From Bacillota bacterium (lineage in GTDB: Bacteria > Bacillota > Clostridia > Oscillospirales > Oscillospiraceae), in NCBI GenBank assembly GCA_028719885.1, contig JAQYLT010000012.1:26702-90701 (forward strand): DNA of 64,000 nt, given 5' to 3'. Numbering within the stretch: the first letter of the stretch is position 1; every line of letters begins with the position of its first letter. A model generated the notes under the pieces. It did not search any database, was not told the origin of the DNA, and saw nothing but the letters and a program-made list of their open reading frames with translations. A program made the translations under genes and the position numbers. Positions 17,155 to 24,772 of this stretch are shown piece after piece.

Positions 17155-17703
17155 TTATCCGAAGCTCACCCGCTCCCCCCTTTCCACCATCCGGCAGTAT
17201 TTGTCGTAGTCCTGCCGGGTCATTTGGGTGACATTCCTGCCCACCAGAGCCGCCGCGCCGCTGTCCAGGCCGTTTTCACCGGGACGGTAGCTTCCGCTTC
17301 GCAGAGCGGCGGACAGCCTTGCCTCCACGGCCTTTGCCGCGTACTCCATGGCCGCCGGAAGAATCTGTCCGGCGTGGATGGCCTGGTAGGCGCTGGAAAT
17401 GTCCACACCGGCCAGCAGCATCCCGGCAAAGCGGCGGTCCGACAGCTCCTTTCGGATGTCGAAGTCGGGGAAAAGCTGCTTCAGCTGCTCCCCCTGGGCC
17501 ATCCAATCGTTGTAGATGCGGTCCACCCGCTGCCAGTGCTCAAGCACAAGAGGGTCCTGCCGGTCTTCCGGCGTCTCTGCCCGGGCTGCTTCCTCCGCCT
17601 GCTGCTCCAGCAGGCCGGCAGCCTCCTCCCCCTGGGCCGGAGCGTCTCCCTCTGCGCTGCCCTCCGCCCCCTGGGCGAAAAGCTGTAACCATGTGTTTTT
17701 CAT
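17155..17703 (-). CDS. capsid scaffolding protein with Prp-type N-terminal propeptide
   Basis: 182 aa counted from the ATG at 17703. Acidic N-terminal half, and MKNTWLQLFA|Q resembles the Prp site. Lies between the Prp and capsid genes. Confidence 0.7.
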   Translation of the reverse strand: MKNTWLQLFAQGAEGSAEGDAPAQGEEAAGLLEQQAEEAARAETPEDRQDPLVLEHWQRVDRIYNDWMAQGEQLKQLFPDFDIRKELSDRRFAGMLLAGVDISSAYQAIHAGQILPAAMEYAAKAVEARLSAALRSGSYRPGENGLDSGAAALVGRNVTQMTRQDYDKYCRMVERGERVSFG

Positions 17704-17723
17704 CGTTTCCTCCTTTTTCTTAT

Positions 17724-18065
17724 TTAAAATCGCAGGGCTTCCTCCAGGGTGACATTCCCCGGGAAACTGGCGGCCAGCTCGGCAATGCCGTTCTGCACCG
17801 TCCAGAACACCATAGCCACCTCCTTCCGAAAGGGCTCCTTCGGTGCGGCGATGATCTCCGCGTTTCCCTCGTACAGCTCCACCCTGGGGCAGCGCCGGAG
17901 CATCCCCTGGAAATACAGCCGCTCCACCGCCCGGGCCAGGGTCTCCGTCAGGGCGCTCACCCCGGCGCATACCAGATCCTGCCCCTTGGGCCCCGCGCCG
18001 GCGTGGCCCTGGGCCTTCATATGCAGGCTGCCGTCGGCGCTGCAATAGAATTTGGAAAGAATCAT
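17724..18065 (-). CDS. prp: Prp-family cysteine protease (ribosomal-processing protease homologue, phage-encoded)
   Basis: 113 aa carrying the GHAG...GQDLVCAGVSAL His/Cys dyad signature of YsxB/Prp (DUF464). Confidence 0.8.
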   Translation of the reverse strand: MILSKFYCSADGSLHMKAQGHAGAGPKGQDLVCAGVSALTETLARAVERLYFQGMLRRCPRVELYEGNAEIIAAPKEPFRKEVAMVFWTVQNGIAELAASFPGNVTLEEALRF

Positions 18066-18078
18066 TCCATCACCTCTC

Positions 18079-19863
18079 CTACACCGGCTTGGTGGACTCC
18101 GCCACCCGCTGCCGGGCGCTTCGGGCGGCGTAGTGCTCCTGCTTTTCTTTGGGCGCCTTGGGGGAGGTGTACTTGCGGGCGGGTGCTTCCGCCTCCGGCC
18201 GCTGCGGCTGCTCCAGCTCCAGCATAGAAAGCGTCAGCTGATACTGCTGGGCATTCTTGGCGATCTGCTGCATCACCATCTCTTTCCGGTCGAAATCCAT
18301 CATGTCCATGCACAGTAGAGCCTGCTGGGCGTTCCGGGGGTCGAAGAAACCGGCGGAGTAGAATTGCAGGGCCATCTCGTTCTGGCTCATCCGGGAGTAG
18401 GCGCTCTGCTTCTGGGCGGATACGGTGATGTCGAACAGGGGCACCCGGCTGCCCAGGGGAATTCCCATCTGGCTTCCCTGATCCCGGGGCAGCAGCCCGG
18501 CGTTGGAGTATTGGACGAATTCCGCCGCGCCCTGCTCACCCATGATCCGGAAGCACCGGGGCAGGGTGTAGAACTGACGGATGAGCTCGATGACCATGAG
18601 GCACAGCTTCCGGAAGGCACGGTAGGCGGCCTTGTTGCTGTCCCGGCTGAGCTTGCTGCCCGCCTCCTGCATGGCGGCGATGGCGGAGGCCGCGGTGACG
18701 CCGCTGGAGGTGCCGCCGGTGGAAATGTCCCGGTTGCCGGTGACCTCTTTCAGCTCGTCCACCTTGCTGTTGAGCACTGCCAGGTATACCTCGCTGAGGC
18801 CGGTGCTCTGAATGGGCAGAATGCTGTCCTGGCCCAATCCGCCCTCCACGTGGACGAAATCCCGGGTCAGATCCCCGTATTCCTCCTCGTTCACGCTTCC
18901 GTCACTGCGGATGAAGTGCCGGGGCCGGGCGTTTACCAGCAGGTTCATCAAAATGGCCTGGTTGCCCCGGTCGATGTACTCCTGGGCGCTTTTGGCCACA
19001 TCGATGTAGCCGAAGCCGCAGGGGGTGCCCGCCATGCGGAACAGGGGATCGAACACAAAGGGATACAGCCCGTGGTCGTACCAGCCCCGCTGGGCGTATT
19101 CCGGCTCGTTCTCCGTGGCGAAGAGCACCTGGTCACCCACATATTTGCAGTAGTGCAGAATGCTCCGGCCGCCCTGCTGCTTTTTGTAGTACCAGTCCAC
19201 CACGGCGGATTTGTCGGTGGTGTCCACACGGTCGTCATAGAGGTACTTGCTGCCCACCGGCTCGCTGGGAGGACCGGCAAATTTGTGGGCCAGCTGGGGA
19301 TACTGCTCCTGCAGCACCTGGTTGCTTACCAGCTGGATGTGGAATACGTTGGCAGACTGCTGAATGTCCGTGATGCCGCTCTCCCAGAAGAGATTCAGAA
19401 TGTCCACCTTTTTGATGGCCACATCCCCCAAGCCGCCGGAGCCGTTGGGGTCCCAGAACACGCCGTAGATGCCGGTGCCGGCCTTGAGCTTGTAGTCGTT
19501 CACCTCGTCGTAGACCTGCTCGAATTCGCTCTGCTCCAGCACCACCGGGAGGATGGAGCCCAGCAGCTTGGCCTCCCCACGGTCACCCTCCTCCCGGGGC
19601 AGCACATTGGGGCTGGGGTAATTGTCCATCACGTCGGCGTGCTTGCTGGCGATGGCGTTAAAGAGCCAGCCGGAGGTGGGCTCCACCTGATTTTTTCCAT
19701 GGCCCCGCATACATTCCCAGTGGCGCAGCTTGTACCACTGTTCGTTGTCCACCACCCGGCGCTCCAGATTGGCCTTGCCCTCCTTGTAGCGGTTCAGAAT
19801 CACCTGGGCCCGGCGAATCTGCTCCTGGCCGATAACCGGCTGCATTGCTTCTTGTTTAATCAT
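18079..19863 (-). CDS. portal protein
   Basis: 594 aa, immediately downstream of and overlapping the large terminase gene. Acidic/basic C-terminal tail typical of portals. Confidence 0.85.
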   Translation of the reverse strand: MIKQEAMQPVIGQEQIRRAQVILNRYKEGKANLERRVVDNEQWYKLRHWECMRGHGKNQVEPTSGWLFNAIASKHADVMDNYPSPNVLPREEGDRGEAKLLGSILPVVLEQSEFEQVYDEVNDYKLKAGTGIYGVFWDPNGSGGLGDVAIKKVDILNLFWESGITDIQQSANVFHIQLVSNQVLQEQYPQLAHKFAGPPSEPVGSKYLYDDRVDTTDKSAVVDWYYKKQQGGRSILHYCKYVGDQVLFATENEPEYAQRGWYDHGLYPFVFDPLFRMAGTPCGFGYIDVAKSAQEYIDRGNQAILMNLLVNARPRHFIRSDGSVNEEEYGDLTRDFVHVEGGLGQDSILPIQSTGLSEVYLAVLNSKVDELKEVTGNRDISTGGTSSGVTAASAIAAMQEAGSKLSRDSNKAAYRAFRKLCLMVIELIRQFYTLPRCFRIMGEQGAAEFVQYSNAGLLPRDQGSQMGIPLGSRVPLFDITVSAQKQSAYSRMSQNEMALQFYSAGFFDPRNAQQALLCMDMMDFDRKEMVMQQIAKNAQQYQLTLSMLELEQPQRPEAEAPARKYTSPKAPKEKQEHYAARSARQRVAESTKPV

Positions 19864-21277
19864 TGATAATCTCCATTCCCGGCCGCTTTTGGGCCGCTTT
19901 GATTTGTTCCCTGGGGATATCCAGGAAGAGCTTCAGGGGGGAATTGTCGTAGCCGTCCCCGGTGGGCTTGGACCGGGGCTTGATGGGCCTGGACATGCAG
20001 AAGTAGCGCACCTCGTCGGCCACATGGTCCTCTCCGTCGGTGTCCACATCCTCGGCGTTTGCGCTGTCGTATTGCAGCAGAGGCATGGTGCGGATGAAGG
20101 CGCGGCAGTTTTTGAATACATACAGCATGGAATAGCCTTCTTCGTCCATACTCAGCCGGTAGTGCACCTGCATCCATCCCGGCAGCCGCTTGTGATCTCC
20201 CGGCTGGAAGTACACCTGATGCCGGGCGGCGGTCTGTGCGATGCTCTCGCCGGTCTCGGCGTCCCAGATGGCCGGGTCGGCGATGCCCTGAATCCGCTTT
20301 CCCGCCAGCCACCGGTGCTCGGTTTCAATCTGCCGGATTTTGGAGAAGACCTGGTCCGGGGTCCAGCGTACCCCCTCGTTGGGGGTGGCGGTGCAGCCGT
20401 AGAGCTCCAAAATCCGGTAGGCCACCCCGTCATAATCCACCGCCCACCAGCCGCAGGAAAAGGGACGGTGATAGCCCCAGTCGAAGCTGCGGTAGATTTT
20501 CCAGGTATCGGGGATCTCAAAGGGCTCGATCACATGGGTGAACCGCCGGTCCCGGTAGTGCTCCGGACGGTCGTAAAAATCCTCGAAGAACTGGCCCTCG
20601 TATACGTCCCACCGGCCCTCCAGCCAGGCCTGGCGGAGCTTGGGGGGCAGCTTCTCCAGGGAGCGCATGTATTCCGGCTGCCGCTCCATCAGAGCGTGGT
20701 TGTCGGTGCACAGGGCCTGGATGAAGGCGTAGTCCTCCGGGTATTCCTCCGGGGTAAACCGCCGGTCGATGAAAAGCCGCTTGAAGTAGCCGTGGCTGGG
20801 ACCGCCGGGATTCAGGGTGTAGTAGGTGCGCTTGGGGAAATCGTTGGTGCCCCGGACGCAGGCGTCGATCTGGGTCAGCCAGTTCTCCTGAAACTGGCCC
20901 GCCTCGTCGGCAAACCAGATGTCGTATTCCGCCCCCTGGTATTGGCCCAGGTCGTCGTCCCCGTCGCAGTAGCCGAAGCTGATGGTGCTGCCGTTGGGGA
21001 AGTAGAAGATTTTGTCCCCCTTGTTGTAGTTGGCTGCCCCCGCCAGCAGGGCCTGCAGGGGGGCGATGTGGTTGTTGTACAGCTCCCGGTAGGTCCGCCG
21101 GGTGATGAGGACCTTGATTCCCGGAAATTTCAGGCACAGCAGCACCGCTTTCCATCTTACAAACCAGCTTTTTCCGCCGCCTCTGGCCCCGCCGTAGCCC
21201 ACATACCGGTGAGTTTCCATCAGAGCCTGGCGCTGCTTGGGATTGGGCCGGGGCATCACAAGCACCTTACCCGGCAT
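19856..21277 (-). CDS. terL: terminase large subunit
   Basis: 473 aa. Walker A YGGARGGGKSW with a C-terminal nuclease region containing acidic residues. Confidence 0.9.
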   Translation of the reverse strand: MPGKVLVMPRPNPKQRQALMETHRYVGYGGARGGGKSWFVRWKAVLLCLKFPGIKVLITRRTYRELYNNHIAPLQALLAGAANYNKGDKIFYFPNGSTISFGYCDGDDDLGQYQGAEYDIWFADEAGQFQENWLTQIDACVRGTNDFPKRTYYTLNPGGPSHGYFKRLFIDRRFTPEEYPEDYAFIQALCTDNHALMERQPEYMRSLEKLPPKLRQAWLEGRWDVYEGQFFEDFYDRPEHYRDRRFTHVIEPFEIPDTWKIYRSFDWGYHRPFSCGWWAVDYDGVAYRILELYGCTATPNEGVRWTPDQVFSKIRQIETEHRWLAGKRIQGIADPAIWDAETGESIAQTAARHQVYFQPGDHKRLPGWMQVHYRLSMDEEGYSMLYVFKNCRAFIRTMPLLQYDSANAEDVDTDGEDHVADEVRYFCMSRPIKPRSKPTGDGYDNSPLKLFLDIPREQIKAAQKRPGMEIIND

Positions 21278-21638
21278 AGCTTTCCGCCTCCCCCTCCAGA
21301 ATCACGGTGATGCCCTCCGCCTCCGGCACCCGGTTCAGCTCCTGCTCCAGTTTTTGCAGCTTCATCTCCCGCTCCCGGGCATCCAAAGAGCCATCCCGGG
21401 AGAGAATGTCCTGCAAATCCTTTAATACGCCCGTGAGCTGCTTTAACCCCGCCCGATCCACAATTCCCTTGCGCTTGGCCTTGATCAGCTCCCAGGTTTC
21501 CTCTCCATCCTCGGTTTTTCGCTTCTCCCGGAGGAGCACCGTCCCCTTGTCCAGCTCCTCCACTGCCTGCTCCAGCCGGTCCAGCAGCCGCTGCGCCGCC
21601 AGCTGTACCCGGTCCAGGCCCGTTTTTGCCTCCTCCAC
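21267..21638 (-). CDS. putative small terminase/packaging accessory protein (assignment by position only)
   Basis: 123-aa charged coiled-coil protein overlapping the terL start by 11 nt. Confidence 0.4.
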   Translation of the reverse strand: MEEAKTGLDRVQLAAQRLLDRLEQAVEELDKGTVLLREKRKTEDGEETWELIKAKRKGIVDRAGLKQLTGVLKDLQDILSRDGSLDAREREMKLQKLEQELNRVPEAEGITVILEGEAESYAG

Positions 21639-21656
21639 CGTTTTCCCTCCTTTCCT

Positions 21657-21896
21657 CTAATCGATTTCCACCATTCTGTCTTTGACGCAGTCCGGGCACA
21701 GGGGGCTGCCGTCCTCCAAGGGGAAATACCGCTCCCCGGCGATGTGCCTGCCGCAGTCGACGCACTTTGGACGGCCCAGCAGCCAGCGGTCCGACCTGGC
21801 GGCAATCCGCTCCGCCTGCAGCCAGGGCTCGTCAACCACGGCTCCGTCCCTCCCCCCGGCCGGAGGAATCCCCCCGCCCGGCATATCCTTTTTCAT
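21657..21896 (-). CDS. small zinc-ribbon protein, first gene of the late operon
   Basis: 79 aa with CVDCG...CPDC. Confidence 0.5.
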   Translation of the reverse strand: MKKDMPGGGIPPAGGRDGAVVDEPWLQAERIAARSDRWLLGRPKCVDCGRHIAGERYFPLEDGSPLCPDCVKDRMVEID

Positions 21897-22258
21897 TTTG
21901 CTTCATTTCAGCTCCTTTCTGTCCGTTTTATTGGACACGATTCGTGGTATACTTTTTGTGAAAATTCTCATATTACAGTTGAAATTTCCATACTCCTGTG
22001 GTAAAATCCTTTTAAGACGGATGACTCCGGTGGCAATTGGAAAACATCCAGTCTTAAAATGGAAGATGCAGTTCACTTAAATTCACTGTAAGTGCATTAT
22101 AATGCTATAAAGTTTATTTGTCAAGGGACAATAGCATATAATTTTGAACTTACGGAATATTTGGTAAACTGTCATAAAACCACCATGGAAAACCCGGTGA
22201 AATTTCCCTGTTCACGCAGCAGTTTTCACAAAGGGTTTCCGGTCAGGGAGTGTCAACT

Positions 22259-22930
22259 ATGTTTTATGATCGTTTTGTTGCCTTGTGTGCCCAGCGGGGA
22301 GAAACCCCCTCCCGGGCTGCTTTGAATGCGGGCATCAGTAAAGCCATTGTGTCCAAATGGAAGCAGAACCCTGCCGCCTTCCCCTCCGGGCCGGTGGCGG
22401 AGAAGCTGGCAAACTATTTTGGAATCACCATCCCGGAGCTCATTGACGAGAGCCTGGATGTTACCCAGTGCCTGCCCGGCTCCGTCCCCGTGTCGGTAAA
22501 CCCCAATAGTCCTGCCGCTCAAGGCAGGACTCTGGCCCAGTCGGAGGAAGAGGAGCCAGAGGAAAAGCCCGAGGAAAATCCGGAAACCTTCTATGATCGG
22601 CTGGCCCGCATCTCCCGGAGCTATGGCATGAGCCCCTCCCGGGCGGCCCTGGCTGCCGGGGTGAGCAAATCCGCCGTGTCCAAATGGAAGCGGGAGCCGG
22701 ACGCCGTCCCCTCGGGCACGGTGCTGTCCAAGCTGGCCGCCTATTTCGGCATCTCCGCTTCGGAGCTGCTGGGGGAGAGCAAACCCGCCGCCCCGGAAGT
22801 TTCCGAGGAGGACATCAAATTCGCCCTGTTCGGGGGCAGCGAGGACATCACCCAGGAAATGTATGACGAAGTGCGCTCTTTTGCCGCATTTGTAAAGGAA
22901 AGGGAGGCAAATAAGCGCGGAAAGGAGTGA
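22259..22930 (+). CDS. ImmR/XRE-type repressor with two tandem HTH domains
   Basis: The segment FYDRF..SRAALNAGISKAIVSKWK...KLANYFGITIPELI is repeated as FYDRL..SRAALAAGVSKSAVSKWK...KLAAYFGISASELL. An acidic linker joins the two copies. Confidence 0.8.
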   Translation: MFYDRFVALCAQRGETPSRAALNAGISKAIVSKWKQNPAAFPSGPVAEKLANYFGITIPELIDESLDVTQCLPGSVPVSVNPNSPAAQGRTLAQSEEEEPEEKPEENPETFYDRLARISRSYGMSPSRAALAAGVSKSAVSKWKREPDAVPSGTVLSKLAAYFGISASELLGESKPAAPEVSEEDIKFALFGGSEDITQEMYDEVRSFAAFVKEREANKRGKE

Positions 22931-23364
22931 AAATGATTCTTCTACCGGAGCTTTATGCCACAGCCTCCCAGCAGAATATCCCGATTTATTCCTATCCCAT
23001 GGCCCAGTGCGGCTCCATGTCCGTCCAGCTGCAGGACGGCAGCTGCGCCATTGGCATGGATGACCGGGTGGCCGACGGCGGCGCTCAGGAGCGGGTGCAC
23101 CTGGGCCACGAGCTGGGCCACTGCCTCACCGGCAGCTTCTATAACATCTACGCCGCCGCGGACCTGCGGCAGCGGCATGAAAACCGGGCGGACAAATGGG
23201 CCATCCGGCGGCTGATTCCCGTGTCCGCCCTGGATGATGCCATCGCCGCGGGCCACACCGAGCTTTGGGACTTGGCGGAGTTTTTCGGTGTGACGGAATC
23301 CTTTTTAAAGAAGGCCATCTGCCTCTATGTCCATGGCAATACTGCCAGTGAGCTCTATTTTTAA
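22927..23364 (+). CDS. ImmA/IrrE-family zinc metallopeptidase (antirepressor protease)
   Basis: 145 aa with HELGH. Overlaps the repressor stop by 4 nt. Confidence 0.8.
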   Translation: MKMILLPELYATASQQNIPIYSYPMAQCGSMSVQLQDGSCAIGMDDRVADGGAQERVHLGHELGHCLTGSFYNIYAAADLRQRHENRADKWAIRRLIPVSALDDAIAAGHTELWDLAEFFGVTESFLKKAICLYVHGNTASELYF

Positions 23365-23435
23365 AAAAGAAAACCAGGGAAAGCAGCCCTTTTTGGGTAC
23401 TTTCCCCGGTTTCAAAATAAATTCCACTTTGATGC

Positions 23436-23464
23436 TTGACAATGAAAAAAATGTATGCTAGAAT
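23436..23464 (+). promoter_or_regulatory. sigma-70-type promoter of the tRNA cluster
   Basis: TTGACA, 17-nt spacer, TAGAAT, about 30 nt upstream of tRNA-Gly. Confidence 0.6.
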
Positions 23465-23494
23465 TTACTAGCTGAATCCGGGAAGCAGAGCTGT

Positions 23495-23568
23495 GCGGGT
23501 GTAGTTCAATGGTAGAACACCAGCCTTCCAAGCTGGATACGCGGGTCCGATTCCCGTCACCCGCTCCA
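23495..23568 (+). tRNA. tRNA-Gly (anticodon UCC), CCA encoded
   Basis: Acceptor stem GCGGGTG/CACCCGC, anticodon loop CTTCCAA, T-arm GGTCCGATTCC. Confidence 0.9.
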
Positions 23569-23576
23569 TAGACTAT

Positions 23577-23653
23577 GCGCCAGTAGCTCAGCCGGATAGA
23601 GCAACTGCCTTCTAAGCAGTAGGTCGGGGGTTCGAGTCCCTCCTGGCGTGCCA
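23577..23653 (+). tRNA. tRNA-Arg (anticodon UCU), CCA encoded
   Basis: Acceptor stem GCGCCAG/CTGGCGT, anticodon loop CTTCTAA, T-loop GGTTCGAGTCC. Confidence 0.9.
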
Positions 23654-23672
23654 TTCAGCAGCAATTTCATAT

Positions 23673-23750
23673 GGTGGATATGGCCTAGTTGGCTAAGGCG
23701 TCAGATTGTGGCTCTGAAGATCGTGGGTTCGAGTCCCATTATCCACCCCA
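23673..23750 (+). tRNA. tRNA-His (anticodon GUG) with G-1, CCA encoded
   Basis: 8-bp acceptor stem GGTGGATA/TATCCACC, anticodon stem-loop TCAGA TTGTGGC TCTGA, T-loop GGTTCGAGTCC. Confidence 0.9.
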
Positions 23751-23964
23751 GATAAGTTACCTGATTTGATACAATGTCAAGTCAGGTAATTTCATTTATA
23801 TGGCAAGAAAAAGTTGGAATTATCCCAGAAAATGAGGGTAATTCCAACTTTTCTGTTTTATAGTACCTTGACGATAGAACCGAAATGGCCTTCTGCACGA
23901 AAAAAACGCTCAACTGAGCAATCCTATCGTTCAATTGCAGGGCTATCGTTCAGGTAATCAAAAC
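23749..23964 (+). repeat. direct repeat copy 1 (~216 bp), starting at the last bases of tRNA-His
   Basis: Aligns with 35853-36067. Contains two hairpins: TTACCTGATTTGA/TCAAGTCAGGTAA, and GTTGGAATTATCCC/GGGTAATTCCAAC followed by a T-run. Ends with a doubled CTATCGTTCA motif. Confidence 0.9.
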
Positions 23965-24118
23965 CTCGAAAACCCATGTTCGGAATTTAGGTATATCAGC
24001 AGCTTGTATTTCCCAGATGCCAGAGTTCATGCTCCAGCTTTGGGTCAGCACATTCCTGATGTGAGAAATAGCTGCATATGTCTTCGTCAAGGGATTCAAA
24101 GGATTCTGGGAGGCTCTA

Positions 24119-24147
24119 TTGACAGCGCTCCGCAAAGATTGTATAAT
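24119..24147 (+). promoter_or_regulatory. consensus sigma-70 promoter upstream of the tat/reductase operon
   Basis: TTGACA, 17-nt spacer, TATAAT. Followed by TTGAAC-N17-GTTCAA, which overlaps a third TATCGTTCA motif. Confidence 0.6.
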
Positions 24148-24208
24148 TTGAACAGTAATGTAAGCGTATCGTTCAATTCGCCCATCCACCATCACAGAAG
24201 GAGTACCT

Positions 24209-24592
24209 ATGAAAATCGGCACATTGGAACTGGTTGTCATTGCCATTGTCGCCCTGCTGGTCATTGGACCCAACAAACTGCCGGAGTATGCCAGGAAGCT
24301 GGGGCAGGCCATGCGGGAATTCAAAAAGGCATCCGATTCCCTCACCAAAGAGATCAAAGAAAACATTGTAGAGCCCCTGGACGAGGTTCAAAAACCCCTG
24401 AAAGAAGCGGTTGCCCCCATCTCTGAAATGGAGAAGGAAATCAAGGGCAGCTTCAAGGAGGTAACCGACTCCGTGAGCAGCATCGGCAAGCCCCAGAAGG
24501 CGGCAGGCAAGCAGGAGCCTCCAAAGGAAGACGCCGCTGCCGAAGAAACCACCCAAGCGGAATCCACAAAACAAGAAGGAGAATCCAAATGA
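24209..24592 (+). CDS. TatA/TatB-family twin-arginine translocase protein (long, TatB-like)
   Basis: 127 aa. N-terminal TM helix plus hinge (LLVIGPNKLPEYARKLG), amphipathic helix and acidic tail. Confidence 0.8.
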   Translation: MKIGTLELVVIAIVALLVIGPNKLPEYARKLGQAMREFKKASDSLTKEIKENIVEPLDEVQKPLKEAVAPISEMEKEIKGSFKEVTDSVSSIGKPQKAAGKQEPPKEDAAAEETTQAESTKQEGESK

Positions 24593-24717
24593 AAATCAGT
24601 GTTCAAGAGCTTTTGATCGTCCTGGCCATCGTGCTCATCATCTTTGGACCCACCCAGATTCCCAAGCTGATGAAGCTCTTTAAGAAAAAGAACGATTCCG
24701 AAAAGGAAGAAAAGTAA
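24589..24717 (+). CDS. tatA: TatA (42 aa; too short for the ORF track)
   Basis: MKISVQELLIVLAIVLIIFGPTQIPKLMKLFKKKNDSEKEEK. The ATG overlaps the upstream stop (ATGA). Confidence 0.75.
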   Translation: MKISVQELLIVLAIVLIIFGPTQIPKLMKLFKKKNDSEKEEK

Positions 24718-24772
24718 TTTTTTACACACATCAGATTCTTCTGTGTGAATATCAGGAAAGAAGGTAATTATC

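Larger units (their letters stand above)
6674..23364 (-). mobile_element. phage-derived locus (packaging, head, short tail, lysis, ImmR/ImmA) lacking integrase and replication modules
   Basis: Contiguous phage structural and lysis genes on the minus strand with a divergent repressor/antirepressor-protease pair. Bounded by the thrB-side repeats and the tRNA cluster. Confidence 0.85.

Noticed and set aside
17155-18045. 296-aa ORF covering the scaffold gene and overlapping prp
   Set aside because: The N-terminal 114 residues are an Arg/Gly-rich out-of-frame read across prp. The real start is the ATG at 17703 (MKNTWLQLFA).
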